Source of the DNA: a phage
DNA: 40,867 nt
Direction: 5' to 3' (one strand)
Sequence record: PQ821741.1
Shown: positions 18,308-28,717 of the stretch, piece after piece
How positions within the stretch are numbered: position 1 is the stretch's first letter
How the letters are laid out: the number at the start of each line of letters is the position of its first letter
Notes under the pieces: generated by a model
The model's input: only the letters and a program-made list of their open reading frames with translations
Told to the model about the DNA's origin: nothing
The model's database searches: none
Position numbers and translations under genes: made by a program

Positions 18308-19196
18308 CCTTAAACAATTCTATGAGTTACGCGAGGGCTGTGACGACAAAGGAATCCTTGTGATGGATGGTGACTGGCTGGTATTCCAAGCTATGAGTGC
18401 TGCTGAGTTTGACGCCTCATGGGAGGAAGAGATTTGGCACCGCTGCTGTGACCACGCTAAGGCGCGTAAGATTCTTGAGGATTCCATCAAGTCCTACGAG
18501 ACCCGCAAGAAGGCTTGGATAGGCGCTCCGATTGTCCTTGCGTTCACCGATAGCGTTAACTGGCGTAAAGAACTGGTTGACCCGAACTACAAGGCTAACC
18601 GTAAGGCAACTAAGAAACCTGTAGGTTACTTTGAGTTCCTTGATGCACTATTTGAGCGAGAAGAGTTCTACTGCATCCGTGAGCCTATGCTTGAGGGTGA
18701 TGACGTTATGGGAGTTATTGCTTCCAATCCGTCTGCATTCGGTGCTCGTAAGGCTGTAATCATCTCGTGTGATAAGGACTTTAAGACCATCCCCAACTGC
18801 GACTTCCTATGGTGTACCACTGGTAACATCCTGACTCAGACCGAAGAGTCCGCTGACTGGTGGCACCTCTTCCAGACCATCAAGGGTGACATTACCGATG
18901 GTTACTCAGGGATTGCCGGATGGGGCGATACAGCCGAGGACTTCTTGAATAACCCGTTCATAACCGAGCCTAAAACGTCTGTGCTTAAGTCTGGAAAGAA
19001 CAAAGGCCAAGAGGTCACCAAGTGGGTTAAGCGCGCCCCTGAGCCTCATGAGACACTTTGGGACTGCATTAAGTCCATCGGTGCTAAGGCTGGCATGACC
19101 GAAGAGGATGTTATTAAGCAGGGCCAGATGGCTCGAATCTTGCGGTTCAATGAGTACAACTTTATTGACAAGGAGATTTACCTGTGGAGACCATAG
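18294..19196 (+). CDS. 6: 5'-3' exonuclease gp6
   Basis: 300 aa, same length as T7 gp6; MALLDLKQFYELREGCDDKGILVMDGDWLVF... Confidence 0.95.
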   Translation: MALLDLKQFYELREGCDDKGILVMDGDWLVFQAMSAAEFDASWEEEIWHRCCDHAKARKILEDSIKSYETRKKAWIGAPIVLAFTDSVNWRKELVDPNYKANRKATKKPVGYFEFLDALFEREEFYCIREPMLEGDDVMGVIASNPSAFGARKAVIISCDKDFKTIPNCDFLWCTTGNILTQTEESADWWHLFQTIKGDITDGYSGIAGWGDTAEDFLNNPFITEPKTSVLKSGKNKGQEVTKWVKRAPEPHETLWDCIKSIGAKAGMTEEDVIKQGQMARILRFNEYNFIDKEIYLWRP

Positions 19197-19297
19197 CGTA
19201 TATTGGCATTGGTCTTTGTGTCCTCGGAATGTGCCTCATTTCGTGGGGCCTTTGGGACTTAGCCAGAATAATCAAGGCGTTACAAGACTCTAAGTGA
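19184..19297 (+). CDS. 6.3: Gp6.3 small membrane protein
   Basis: 37 aa ...IGIGLCVLGMCLISWGLWDLARIIKALQDSK; GTG start inferred; overlaps gene 6 by 13 nt as in T7. Confidence 0.55.
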   Translation: METIAYIGIGLCVLGMCLISWGLWDLARIIKALQDSK

Positions 19298-19360
19298 TAA
19301 ACTCAAGGTCCCTAAATTAATACGACTCACTATAGGGAGATAGGGCCTTTATGATTATTA
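19296..19360 (+). promoter_or_regulatory. RNase III site R6.5 flanking the phi6.5 promoter
   Basis: actcaaggtccc ... gggcctttatgattat arms either side of the promoter. Confidence 0.55.
19318..19340 (+). promoter_or_regulatory. T7 promoter phi6.5
   Basis: taatacgactcactatagggaga exact consensus. Confidence 0.9.
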
Positions 19361-19393
19361 CTTTAAGATTTAACTCTAAGAGGAATATTTATC

Positions 19394-19648
19394 ATGTTAA
19401 CACCTATTCAACAATTACTTAAGAACCCTAACGATATTCCAGATGTGCCTCGTGCAACCGCTGAGTATCTACAGGTTCGATTCAACCATGCGTATCTCGA
19501 AGCATCTGGTCATATAGGATTTATGCGTGCTAGTGGTTGTAGTGAAGCTCACATCTTGGGTTTCATTCAGGGCCTACAGTATGCCTCTAACATCATTGAT
19601 GAGATTGAGTTACGTAAGGAACAACTAAGAGACGATGGGGAGGATTGA
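19394..19648 (+). CDS. 6.5: Gp6.5
   Basis: 84 aa [30 protein letters not shown]... Confidence 0.85.
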   Translation: MLTPIQQLLKNPNDIPDVPRATAEYLQVRFNHAYLEASGHIGFMRASGCSEAHILGFIQGLQYASNIIDEIELRKEQLRDDGED

Positions 19649-19652
19649 CACT

Positions 19653-19919
19653 ATGTGTTTCTCACCGAAAATTAAAACTCCAAAGATGGATACCAATCAG
19701 ATTCGAGCCATTGAGCCAGCGCCTCTGACCCAAGAAGTGTCAAGCGTAGAGTTCGGTGGGTCTTCTGATGAGACGGATACCGAAGGCACCGAAATGTCTG
19801 GACGCAAAGGACTCAAGGTCGAACGTGATGATTCAGTAGCGAAGTATAAAGCCAGCGATAATGGCTCCGCTCGTATGAAATCTTCAATCCGTAAGTCCGC
19901 ATTCGGAGGTAAGAAGTGA
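19653..19919 (+). CDS. 6.7: Gp6.7 (virion protein)
   Basis: MCFSPKIKTPKMDTNQIRAIEPAPLTQEV... Confidence 0.8.
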   Translation: MCFSPKIKTPKMDTNQIRAIEPAPLTQEVSSVEFGGSSDETDTEGTEMSGRKGLKVERDDSVAKYKASDNGSARMKSSIRKSAFGGKK

Positions 19920-20320
19920 TGTCTGAGTTCACATGTGTGGAGGCCAAGAGTCGCTTCCGTGCAATCCGGTGGACTGTGGAACACCTTGGGTTGCCTAAAG
20001 GATTCGAAGGACACTTTGTGGGCTACAGCCTCTACGTAGATGAAGTAATGGACATGTCTGGTTGCCGTGAAGAGTACATTCTGGACTCTACCGGAAAACA
20101 TGTAGCGTACTTCGCGTGGTGCGTAAGCTGTGATATTCACCACAAAGGAGACATTCTGGATGTAACGTCAGTTGTCATTAATCCTGAGGCAGACCCTAAG
20201 GGCTTACAACGATTCCTAGCGAAACGCTTTAAGTACCTTGCAGAACTCCACGATTGCGATTGGGTGTCTCGTTGTAAACATGAAGGCGAGACAATGCGTG
20301 TATACTTTAAGGAGGTATAA
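19919..20320 (+). CDS. 7: Gp7 (host-range/virion protein)
   Basis: 133 aa MSEFTCVEAKSRFRAIRWTVEHLGLPKGFE... Confidence 0.85.
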   Translation: MSEFTCVEAKSRFRAIRWTVEHLGLPKGFEGHFVGYSLYVDEVMDMSGCREEYILDSTGKHVAYFAWCVSCDIHHKGDILDVTSVVINPEADPKGLQRFLAKRFKYLAELHDCDWVSRCKHEGETMRVYFKEV

Positions 20321-20323
20321 GTT

Positions 20324-20623
20324 ATGGGTAAGAAAATTAAGAAGGCCGTTAAGAAAGTCACTAAGGCCGCTAAGAAAGTCGTTAAGGAAGTGACCCGCCC
20401 AGTTAAGCAGGTTGCAGGTGGTCTGGCTGGTGGTTCTGGTGAAGCACAGGTAGTGGAAGTACCACAAGCTGCCACTCCTGCTGCACAGATTGTTGACGTA
20501 CCAGAGAAAGATGTTTCCACTGAGGACGAAGCACAGACCGAAAGCGGACGTAAGAAAGCTCGTTCTGGCGGTAAGAAGTCATTGAGTGTAGCACGTAGCT
20601 CCGGTGGCGGCATCAACATTTAA
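20324..20623 (+). CDS. 7.3: Gp7.3 tail-associated protein
   Basis: 99 aa lysine-rich MGKKIKKAVKKVTKAAKKVVKEVTRPVKQ... Confidence 0.88.
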   Translation: MGKKIKKAVKKVTKAAKKVVKEVTRPVKQVAGGLAGGSGEAQVVEVPQAATPAAQIVDVPEKDVSTEDEAQTESGRKKARSGGKKSLSVARSSGGGINI

Positions 20624-20637
20624 ACAGGAGGTGACAC

Positions 20638-22248
20638 ATGGCTGAGAAGCGTACAGGTCTAGCCGAGGAAGGCGCAAAGTCCGTTTATGACCGATTGAAG
20701 AACGACCGCGCTCCTTATGAGACTCGTGCTCAAAACTGCGCTCAGTACACCATTCCGTCCCTCTTCCCTAAGGATTCCGATAACTCATCCACAGACTACA
20801 CGACTCCGTGGCAAGCTGTGGGTGCTCGCGGTCTCAATAACTTGGCCTCTAAGCTCATGTTGGCGCTCTTCCCGATGCAAACGTGGATGAAGCTAACCAT
20901 CTCTGAGTATGAGGCAAAGCAGTTACTGGATGACCCAGATGGACTCGCTAAGGTTGATGAGGGTCTATCGATGGTAGAGCGTATCATCATGAACTACATT
21001 GAGTCTAACAGCTACCGAGTGACTCTCTTTGAGGCACTCAAGCAGTTAGTCGTAGCGGGTAACGTCTTGCTGTACCTGCCGGAACCAGAAGGGTCAAACT
21101 ACAATCCCATGAAGCTGTACCGATTGTCTTCTTATGTGGTCCAACGAGACGCATTCGGCAACGTTCTGCAAATGGTGACTCGTGACCAGATAGCTTTTGG
21201 TGCTCTCCCTGAGGACATCCGTAAGGCTGTAGAAGGTCAAGGTGGTGAGAAGAAAGCCGATGAGACCATCGACGTGTACACTCACATCTATCTGGATGAG
21301 GACACAGGTGAATACCTCCGATACGAAGAGGTCGAGGGCATGGAGGTACAAGGCTCAGACGGGTCTTACCCTAAAGAGGCTTGCCCATACATCCCTATTC
21401 GGATGGTTCGACTGGACGGCGAATCCTACGGGCGTTCGTACATTGAGGAATACTTAGGCGACTTACGGTCCCTTGAGAATCTCCAAGAGGCCATCGTTAA
21501 GATGTCAATGATTAGCTCTAAGGTTATCGGCTTAGTGAACCCTGCTGGTATCACCCAGCCACGCCGACTAACCAAAGCTCAGACTGGTGACTTCGTTACG
21601 GGTCGTCCAGAAGACATCTCGTTCCTCCAACTGGAGAAGCAAGCAGACTTTACCGTAGCCAAGGCTGTCAGTGACGCTATCGAGGCTCGCCTTTCGTTTG
21701 CCTTTATGTTGAACTCTGCGGTTCAGCGTACAGGGGAACGTGTGACCGCCGAAGAGATTCGGTATGTCGCTTCTGAACTTGAAGATACTTTAGGCGGTGT
21801 CTACTCCATCCTTTCTCAAGAATTGCAATTGCCTCTGGTACGAGTGCTCTTGAAGCAACTACAAGCCACGCAACAGATTCCTGAGTTACCTAAGGAAGCC
21901 GTAGAGCCAACCATTAGTACAGGTCTGGAAGCAATTGGTCGAGGGCAAGACCTTGATAAGCTGGAGCGTTGCGTTTCTGCGTGGGCTGCACTGGCTCCTA
22001 TGCGCGATGACCCTGACATCAACCTTGCAATTATTAAGTTGCGCATTGCTAACGCTATCGGTATTGACACTTCTGGTATCCTTCTTACCGAAGAACAGAA
22101 GCAACAGAAGATGGCTCAACAGGCTATGCAAATGGGTATGGATAATGGTGCTGCTGCGCTTGGTCAAGGTATGGCTGCACAGGCTACAGCTTCGCCTGAG
22201 GCTATGGCTGCTGCTGCTGATTCCGTAGGTTTACAGCCGGGCATTTAA
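20638..22248 (+). CDS. 8: Portal (head-tail connector) protein
   Basis: 536 aa, same length as T7 gp8. Confidence 0.96.
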   Translation: MAEKRTGLAEEGAKSVYDRLKNDRAPYETRAQNCAQYTIPSLFPKDSDNSSTDYTTPWQAVGARGLNNLASKLMLALFPMQTWMKLTISEYEAKQLLDDPDGLAKVDEGLSMVERIIMNYIESNSYRVTLFEALKQLVVAGNVLLYLPEPEGSNYNPMKLYRLSSYVVQRDAFGNVLQMVTRDQIAFGALPEDIRKAVEGQGGEKKADETIDVYTHIYLDEDTGEYLRYEEVEGMEVQGSDGSYPKEACPYIPIRMVRLDGESYGRSYIEEYLGDLRSLENLQEAIVKMSMISSKVIGLVNPAGITQPRRLTKAQTGDFVTGRPEDISFLQLEKQADFTVAKAVSDAIEARLSFAFMLNSAVQRTGERVTAEEIRYVASELEDTLGGVYSILSQELQLPLVRVLLKQLQATQQIPELPKEAVEPTISTGLEAIGRGQDLDKLERCVSAWAALAPMRDDPDINLAIIKLRIANAIGIDTSGILLTEEQKQQKMAQQAMQMGMDNGAAALGQGMAAQATASPEAMAAAADSVGLQPGI

Positions 22249-22268
22249 TACGACTCACTATAGGGAGA
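22246..22268 (+). promoter_or_regulatory. T7 promoter phi9
   Basis: taatacgactcactatagggaga. Confidence 0.9.
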
Positions 22269-22347
22269 CCTCATCTTTGAAATGAGCGATGACAAGAGGT
22301 TGGAGTCCTCGGTCTTCCTGTAGTTCAACTTTAAGGAGACAATAATA

Positions 22348-23271
22348 ATGGCTGAATCTAATGCAGACGTATATGCATCTTTTGGCGTGAACTCCGCTGT
22401 GATGTCTGGTGGTTCCGTTGAGGAACATGAGCAGAATATGCTGGCTCTTGATGTTGCTGCCCGTGATGGCGATGATGCAATCGAGTTAGCGTCCGACGAA
22501 GCGGAAACTGAACGTGACCTGTATGACAACTCTGACCCATTCGGTCAAGAGGACGATGAGGGGCGCATTCAGGTTCGCATTGGCGATGGCTCTGAGCCGA
22601 CCGATATGGACGCTGGAGAAGAAGACTTTGAGGGCACAGAAGGTTCCGAAGAGTTTACCCCACTGGGTGAGACTCCAGAAGAACTGGTAGCTGCCTCTGA
22701 GCAACTTGGTGAGCACGAAGAGGGCTTCCAAGAGATGATTAACATTGCTGCCGAGCGTGGTATGAGTGCCGAGACCATTGAGGCCATCCAGCGTGAGTAC
22801 GAGGAGAACGAAGAGTTGTCCGCTGAGTCCTACGCTAAGCTGGCTGAAATTGGCTACACGAAGGCTTTCATCGACTCATACATCCGTGGTCAAGAAGCTC
22901 TGGTGGAGCAGTACGTAAACAGTGTCATTGAGTACGCTGGTGGTCGTGAGCGTTTTGACGCGCTGTACAATCACCTTGAGACGCACAACCCTGAGGCTGC
23001 ACAGTCGCTGGACAGTGCGCTGACCAATCGTGACTTAGCGACCGTTAAGGCTATCATCAACTTGGCTGGTGAGTCTCGCGCTAAGGCGTTTGGTCGTAAG
23101 CCCACTCGTAGTGTGACTAATCGCGCTATTCCGGCTAAACCTCAGGCTACCAAGCGTGAAGGCTTTGCGGACCGTAGCGAGATGATTAAAGCTATGAGCG
23201 ACCCTAGGTATCGCACGGATGCCAACTATCGTCGTCAAGTCGAACAGAAAGTAATCGATTCGAACTTCTGA
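22348..23271 (+). CDS. 9: Capsid assembly scaffolding protein
   Basis: 307 aa acidic; same length as T7 gp9. Confidence 0.93.
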   Translation: MAESNADVYASFGVNSAVMSGGSVEEHEQNMLALDVAARDGDDAIELASDEAETERDLYDNSDPFGQEDDEGRIQVRIGDGSEPTDMDAGEEDFEGTEGSEEFTPLGETPEELVAASEQLGEHEEGFQEMINIAAERGMSAETIEAIQREYEENEELSAESYAKLAEIGYTKAFIDSYIRGQEALVEQYVNSVIEYAGGRERFDALYNHLETHNPEAAQSLDSALTNRDLATVKAIINLAGESRAKAFGRKPTRSVTNRAIPAKPQATKREGFADRSEMIKAMSDPRYRTDANYRRQVEQKVIDSNF

Positions 23272-23284
23272 TAGACTCTGAAAT

Positions 23285-23307
23285 TAATACGACTCACTAT
23301 AGGGAGA
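23285..23307 (+). promoter_or_regulatory. T7 promoter phi10 (strong late promoter)
   Basis: taatacgactcactatagggaga followed by ccacaacggtttccctctag. Confidence 0.92.
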
Positions 23308-23365
23308 CCACAACGGTTTCCCTCTAGAAATCATTCTTGTTTAACTTTAAGAAGGAGACACACAT

Positions 23366-24397
23366 ATGGCTAACATGACTGGTGGACAGCAACTGGGTAC
23401 TAACCAAGGTAAAGGTGCGAGCGGTTCCGACAAACTAGCGCTGTTCCTGAAAGTATTCGGTGGTGAAGTTCTGACTGCATTCGCACGTACCTCTGTGACC
23501 ACTTCTCGCCACATGGTTCGTTCCATCTCCAGCGGTAAATCTGCTCAGTTCCCTGTTCTGGGCCGCACTCAGGCAGCATATCTGGCTCCGGGTGAGAACC
23601 TCGATGATAAACGTAAAGACATCAAACACACCGAGAAGGTAATCACCATTGATGGTCTCCTGACGGCTGACGTTCTGATTTACGATATTGAGGACGCGAT
23701 GAACCACTACGACGTTCGCTCTGAGTATACCTCTCAGTTAGGTGAGTCTCTGGCGATGGCTGCTGATGGCGCGGTTCTGGCTGAGATTGCTGGTCTGTGT
23801 AACTTGGCGAGCACCGCTGATGAGAACATTGCGGGTCTAGGCTCTGCCACTGTTATTGGGACCACTCAGGCCAAGGCTGAAATTGTAGACCAAGTTGCTC
23901 TTGGTAAGGAGATTATTGCGGCTCTTACCAAAGCTCGCGCTGCCCTGACCAAGAACTACGTTCCGGCTGCTGACCGTGTGTTCTACTGTGACCCAGATAG
24001 CTACTCTGCGATTCTGGCAGCACTGATGCCGAACGCTGCAAACTACGCTGCTCTGATTGACCCTGAGAAGGGTTCTATCCGCAACGTTATGGGCTTTGAG
24101 GTTGTAGAAGTTCCTCACCTGACCGCTGGTGGTGCAGGTACTACTCGTGAGGATGCTACTGGTCAGAAGCACGCCTTCCCTGCAACTGCGAGCGGAGCCA
24201 TCAAGGTTGCTCAGGACAACGTTATCGGCCTGTTCATGCACCGCTCTGCGGTAGGTACTGTTAAGCTGCGTGACTTGGCTCTGGAGCGCGCTCGCCGTGC
24301 TAACTTCCAAGCTGACCAGATTATCGCTAAGTACGCAATGGGCCACGGTGGTCTGCGCCCAGAAGCTGCTGGTGCAGTGGTTTTCAAGGGGGAGTAA
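23366..24397 (+). CDS. 10A: Major capsid protein 10A
   Basis: 343 aa MANMTGGQQLGTNQGKGASGSDKLALFLKVFGGEVLTAF... Confidence 0.97.
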   Translation: MANMTGGQQLGTNQGKGASGSDKLALFLKVFGGEVLTAFARTSVTTSRHMVRSISSGKSAQFPVLGRTQAAYLAPGENLDDKRKDIKHTEKVITIDGLLTADVLIYDIEDAMNHYDVRSEYTSQLGESLAMAADGAVLAEIAGLCNLASTADENIAGLGSATVIGTTQAKAEIVDQVALGKEIIAALTKARAALTKNYVPAADRVFYCDPDSYSAILAALMPNAANYAALIDPEKGSIRNVMGFEVVEVPHLTAGGAGTTREDATGQKHAFPATASGAIKVAQDNVIGLFMHRSAVGTVKLRDLALERARRANFQADQIIAKYAMGHGGLRPEAAGAVVFKGE

Positions 24398-24555
24398 TGC
24401 TGGGAGTGACCTCAACGGTCGCTGCTAGTTCCGAAGAGGTGAGTATTGCTTCAACCGAAGAAACCTTAACGCCAGCACAGAAGGCCGCACGCACACGCGC
24501 TGCTAACAAAGCCCGAAAGGAAGCTGAGTTGGCTGCTGCTGCTGCTGAGCAATAA
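23366..24555 (+). CDS. 10B: Minor capsid protein 10B, made by -1 ribosomal frameshift near 24380-24385 (ggttttc)
   Basis: -1 frame continues ...TSTEETLTPAQ...AAAAEQ* to 24555; established T7 mechanism. Confidence 0.75.
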
Positions 24556-24603
24556 CTAGCATAACCCCTTGGGGCCTCTAAACGGGTCTTGAGGGGTTTT
24601 TTG
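24556..24603 (+). terminator. Tphi late terminator for T7 RNA polymerase
   Basis: ctagcataaccccttggggcctctaaacgggtcttgaggggttttttg. Confidence 0.92.
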
Positions 24604-24620
24604 CTTAAAGGAGGAACTAT

Positions 24621-25211
24621 ATGCGCTCATACGATATGAACGTTGAGACTGCCGCTGAGTTATCCGCTGTGAACGACATTCTGGCATCTATCGGTGAACC
24701 TCCGGTATCGACGCTGGAAGGTGATGCTAACGCAGACGTGGCTAACGCTCGGCGCATTCTCAACAAGATTAACCGTCAGATTCAGTCTCGTGGCTGGACG
24801 TTCAACATTGAGGAAGGCATAACGCTATTACCTGATGTTTACTCCAACCTGATTGTATACAGCGACGACTACCTGTCACTAATGGCTACCTCTGGTCAGT
24901 CAATCTATGTCAACCGTGGTGGCTATGTGTATGACCGAACGAGCCAAACAGACCGCTTTGACTCCGGCATTACCGTGAACATTATCCGTCTTCGAGACTA
25001 CGATGAGATGCCTGAATGCTTCCGCTATTGGATTGTCACTAAGGCTTCCCGTCAGTTCAACAACCGATTCTTTGGGGCACCAGAAGTAGAAGGTGTACTC
25101 CAAGAAGAGGAAGACGAAGCTCGACGCCTCTGCATGGAGTACGAAGTGGACTACGGTGGGTACAACATGCTGGATGGTGATGCGTTCACTTCTGGTCTAC
25201 TGAATCGCTAA
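24621..25211 (+). CDS. 11: Tail tubular protein A
   Basis: 196 aa, same length as T7 gp11. Confidence 0.93.
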   Translation: MRSYDMNVETAAELSAVNDILASIGEPPVSTLEGDANADVANARRILNKINRQIQSRGWTFNIEEGITLLPDVYSNLIVYSDDYLSLMATSGQSIYVNRGGYVYDRTSQTDRFDSGITVNIIRLRDYDEMPECFRYWIVTKASRQFNNRFFGAPEVEGVLQEEEDEARRLCMEYEVDYGGYNMLDGDAFTSGLLNR

Positions 25212-25231
25212 TAATCAATAAGGAGGCTCTA

Positions 25232-27619
25232 ATGGCACTCATTAGCCAATCAATTAAGAACTTGAAGGGTGGTATCAGTCAACAGCCTGACATCCTTCGC
25301 TATCCCGACCAAGGGGCACGCCAAGTTAACGGTTGGTCTTCGGAGACTGAGGGCCTCCAAAAGCGTCCACCTCTGGTTTTCCTTAAGACACTTGGAGGTA
25401 GTGGAGACTTAGGGCCGGCTCCATATATCCACCTTATCAACCGTGATGAGAACGAACAGTACTACGCTGTGTTCACAGGTAGCGGCATCCGTGTGTTTGA
25501 CCTTGCTGGTAACGAGAAGGAGGTACGATACCCAACAGATGGCGCTACATATATCCAGACAGCAAACCCAAGGAATGACTTGAGGATGGTCACTGTGGCT
25601 GACTATACGTTCATCGTCAACAGGAATGTCCGAGTCACAAGGAATACAAACGCTGTTAACCTAGCTGGGTTTAACCCTAAGCAGGACGCTTTGATAAACG
25701 TTCGCGGTGGTCAATATGGTCGAACATTGCAAATCATGATTAATGGTGGCACACAAGCGTCCTACCAGATTCCTGACGGTTCCCAACCAGCGCACGTTAA
25801 CAATACGGACGCTCAATGGTTGGCAGAAGAGTTGGCTAAGCAGTGTAGGGCCAATGCGCCGGGATGGACATTCAATGTTGGTCAAGGTTTCATTCACATT
25901 ATAGCACCTACTGGTCAACAGATTGATTCCATCATGACGAAGGATGGCTACGCCGACCAGTTGATTAACCCTGTTACTCACTACGCTCAGTCGTTCTCTA
26001 AGTTACCACCTAATGCGCCCGATGGGTACATGGTGAAAATCGTAGGGGATTCCTCTAAGTCTGCCGACCAATATTATGTTCGGTACGACGCTACACGTAA
26101 GGTATGGACTGAGACACTAGGCTGGAACGTTAACAATCAGCTTCTGTGGGACACGATGCCTCACGCATTGGTACGTGCTGCTGATGGTAACTTTGAGTTC
26201 AAATGGCTTGAGTGGAACCCAAAAACCTGCGGTGACGACGACACAAACCCGTGGCCTTCCTTCATGGACTCCACAATCAACGATGTGTTCTTCTTCCGTA
26301 ACCGCTTGGGGTTCCTAAGTGGAGAGAATATCATCTTGAGCCGAACCGCTAAGTATTTCAACTTCTATCCAGCGTCAATTGCAAACTTGAGTGACGATGA
26401 CCCTATCGATGTAGCCGTGAGTACCAACCGAATAGCAATCCTTAAGTACGCCGTTCCGTTCTCAGAGGAGCTACTCATCTGGTCTGACGAAGCACAATTC
26501 GTGCTCACAGCTTCTGGTACTCTCACGTCGAAGTCGGTTGAGTTGAACCTAACGACTCAGTTTGATGTACAGGACCGAGCGAGACCTTACGGCATTGGTC
26601 GTAATGTCTACTTTGCTAGTCCAAGGTCCAGCTTCACGTCCATCCACAGGTACTACGCTGTGCAGGATGTAAGTTCCGTTAAGAATGCTGAGGACATCAC
26701 AGCACACGTTCCTAACTACATCCCAAATGGTGTGTTTAGTATTTGTGGTAGTGGTACGGAAAACTTCTGTTCTGTGCTATCTCATGGTGACCCTAGTAAA
26801 ATCTTCATGTACAAATTCCTGTACCTGAATGAAGAGCTACGACAACAGTCGTGGTCTCACTGGGACTTTGGGGAAAACGTACAGGTTCTAGCGTGCCAAA
26901 GTATCAACTCAGACATGTATGTGATTCTACGTAATGAGTTCAATACGTTCCTAGCTAAAGTCTCTTTCACTAAGAATGCTATTGACTTACAAGGCGAACC
27001 TTACCGTGCCTTTATGGACATGAAGATTCGCTATACGATTCCTAGCGGGACATATAACGATGACACCTATACTACCTCGATTCACCTGCCAACAATATAT
27101 GGTGCAAACTTCGGGAGGGGTAAAATCACTGTACTGGAGCCTGACGGTAAGATAACAGTCTGTGCGCAACCTACTGGTGGGTGGCATAGCGACCCTTGGC
27201 TGAGACTCGACGGTAACTTAGAGGGACGAATGGTGTACATTGGGTTCAACATCGACTTCGTATATGAGTTCTCTAAGTTCCTAATCAAGCAAACTGCCGA
27301 CGATGGGTCTACCTCCACGGAAGACATTGGGCGCTTGCAGTTACGCCGAGCGTGGGTGAACTACGAGAACTCTGGGGCGTTCGACATTTATGTTGAGAAC
27401 CAATCGTCCAACTGGAAGTACACAATGGCTGGTGCTCGTTTAGGCTCTAACACGCTGAGGGCTGGGCGATTGAACTTAGGGACCGGACAATACCGATTCC
27501 CTGTGGTGGGTAACGCCAAGTTCAATACAGTGTCCATATTGTCTGATGAGACTACCCCGTTGAACATCATTGGGTGTGGCTGGGAAGGTAACTACTTACG
27601 GAGAAGTTCCGGTATTTAA
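25232..27619 (+). CDS. 12: Tail tubular protein B
   Basis: 795 aa; T7 gp12 homolog. Confidence 0.95.
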   Translation: MALISQSIKNLKGGISQQPDILRYPDQGARQVNGWSSETEGLQKRPPLVFLKTLGGSGDLGPAPYIHLINRDENEQYYAVFTGSGIRVFDLAGNEKEVRYPTDGATYIQTANPRNDLRMVTVADYTFIVNRNVRVTRNTNAVNLAGFNPKQDALINVRGGQYGRTLQIMINGGTQASYQIPDGSQPAHVNNTDAQWLAEELAKQCRANAPGWTFNVGQGFIHIIAPTGQQIDSIMTKDGYADQLINPVTHYAQSFSKLPPNAPDGYMVKIVGDSSKSADQYYVRYDATRKVWTETLGWNVNNQLLWDTMPHALVRAADGNFEFKWLEWNPKTCGDDDTNPWPSFMDSTINDVFFFRNRLGFLSGENIILSRTAKYFNFYPASIANLSDDDPIDVAVSTNRIAILKYAVPFSEELLIWSDEAQFVLTASGTLTSKSVELNLTTQFDVQDRARPYGIGRNVYFASPRSSFTSIHRYYAVQDVSSVKNAEDITAHVPNYIPNGVFSICGSGTENFCSVLSHGDPSKIFMYKFLYLNEELRQQSWSHWDFGENVQVLACQSINSDMYVILRNEFNTFLAKVSFTKNAIDLQGEPYRAFMDMKIRYTIPSGTYNDDTYTTSIHLPTIYGANFGRGKITVLEPDGKITVCAQPTGGWHSDPWLRLDGNLEGRMVYIGFNIDFVYEFSKFLIKQTADDGSTSTEDIGRLQLRRAWVNYENSGAFDIYVENQSSNWKYTMAGARLGSNTLRAGRLNLGTGQYRFPVVGNAKFNTVSILSDETTPLNIIGCGWEGNYLRRSSGI

Positions 27620-27649
27620 CTGAATGTTCTCCCTGTGGTGGCTCGAAAT

Positions 27650-27672
27650 TAATACGACTCACTATAGGGAGA
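27650..27672 (+). promoter_or_regulatory. T7 promoter phi13 (followed by R13 hairpin region to ~27695)
   Basis: taatacgactcactatagggaga. Confidence 0.9.
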
Positions 27673-27699
27673 ACAATACGACTACGGGAGGGTTTTCTT

Positions 27700-28116
27700 A
27701 TGATGATTATAAGACCTACTAAAAGTACAGACTTTGAGGTATTCACTCCGGCTCACCATGACATTCTTGAAGCTAAGGCTGCTGGTATTGAGCCGAGTTT
27801 CCCTGATGCTTCCGAGTGTGTCACGTTGAGCCTACATGGGTTCCCTCTAGCCATCGGTGGCAACTGCGGGGACCAGTGCTGGTTCGTAACGAGCGACCAA
27901 GTGTGGAGACTTAGCGGAAAAGCTAAGCGAGAGTTCCGTAAGTTAATCATGGAGTATCGCGATAAGATGCTTGAGAAGTATGATACTCTTTGGAATTACG
28001 TATGGGTAGGTAATACGTCCCACATTCGTTTCCTCAAGACTATCGGTGCGGTATTTCATGAAGAGTACACACGAGATGGTCAATTTCAACTATTCACAAT
28101 AACGAAAGGAGGATAA
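27700..28116 (+). CDS. 13: Internal virion protein A (gp13)
   Basis: 138 aa MMIIRPTKSTDFEVFTPAHHDILEAKAAG... Confidence 0.92.
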   Translation: MMIIRPTKSTDFEVFTPAHHDILEAKAAGIEPSFPDASECVTLSLHGFPLAIGGNCGDQCWFVTSDQVWRLSGKAKREFRKLIMEYRDKMLEKYDTLWNYVWVGNTSHIRFLKTIGAVFHEEYTRDGQFQLFTITKGG

Positions 28117-28120
28117 CCAT

Positions 28121-28711
28121 ATGTGTTGGATGGCTGCAATTCCAATCGCATTGGCTGGTGCTCAGGCTATTAGCGGTCAGAACACTCAGGCCAAAATGAT
28201 TGCCTCTCAGACCTCTGCGGGTCGTCGTCAAGCTATGGAAATCATGAAGCAGACGAACATCCAGAATGCTGACCTATCGTTGCAAGCCCGAAGTCGCCTT
28301 GAGGAAGCGTCCTCTGAGTTGACCTCTCAGAACATGCAGAAGGTTCAGGCTATGGGGTCTATCCGAGCGGCTATAGGTGAGAGTATGCTTGAAGGTGCCT
28401 CAATGGACCGCATTAAGCGAGTCACGGAGGGTCAGTTCATTCGGGAAGCCAATATGGTAACTGAGAACTATCGCCGTGACTACCAAGCAATCTTCGCACA
28501 GCAACTTGGCGGCACTCAAAGTGCTGCAAGCCAGATTGACGAAATCTATAAGGGCGAGCAGAAGCAGAAGAGTAAGCTACAGATGATTCTTGACCCTCTG
28601 GCTATCATGGGGTCTGCCACTGCGAGTGCTTACGCAGACGGTAAGTTCGACTCTAAGTCAACAAATAAGGCACCTATTGTTGCCGCTAAAGGAACCAAGA
28701 CGGGGAGGTAA
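28121..28711 (+). CDS. 14: Internal virion protein B (gp14)
   Basis: 196 aa MCWMAAIPIALAGAQAISGQNTQAKMIASQ... Confidence 0.92.
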   Translation: MCWMAAIPIALAGAQAISGQNTQAKMIASQTSAGRRQAMEIMKQTNIQNADLSLQARSRLEEASSELTSQNMQKVQAMGSIRAAIGESMLEGASMDRIKRVTEGQFIREANMVTENYRRDYQAIFAQQLGGTQSAASQIDEIYKGEQKQKSKLQMILDPLAIMGSATASAYADGKFDSKSTNKAPIVAAKGTKTGR

Positions 28712-28717
28712 TGAATT

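Noticed and set aside
23837-24415. 192-aa ORF on the minus strand
   Set aside because: Antisense to major capsid gene 10; high coding bias of gene 10 gives long antisense frames.
24380-24555. Apparent frameshift at the end of the capsid gene
   Set aside because: This is the established programmed -1 ribosomal frameshift that makes capsid protein 10B in T7, not a defect.
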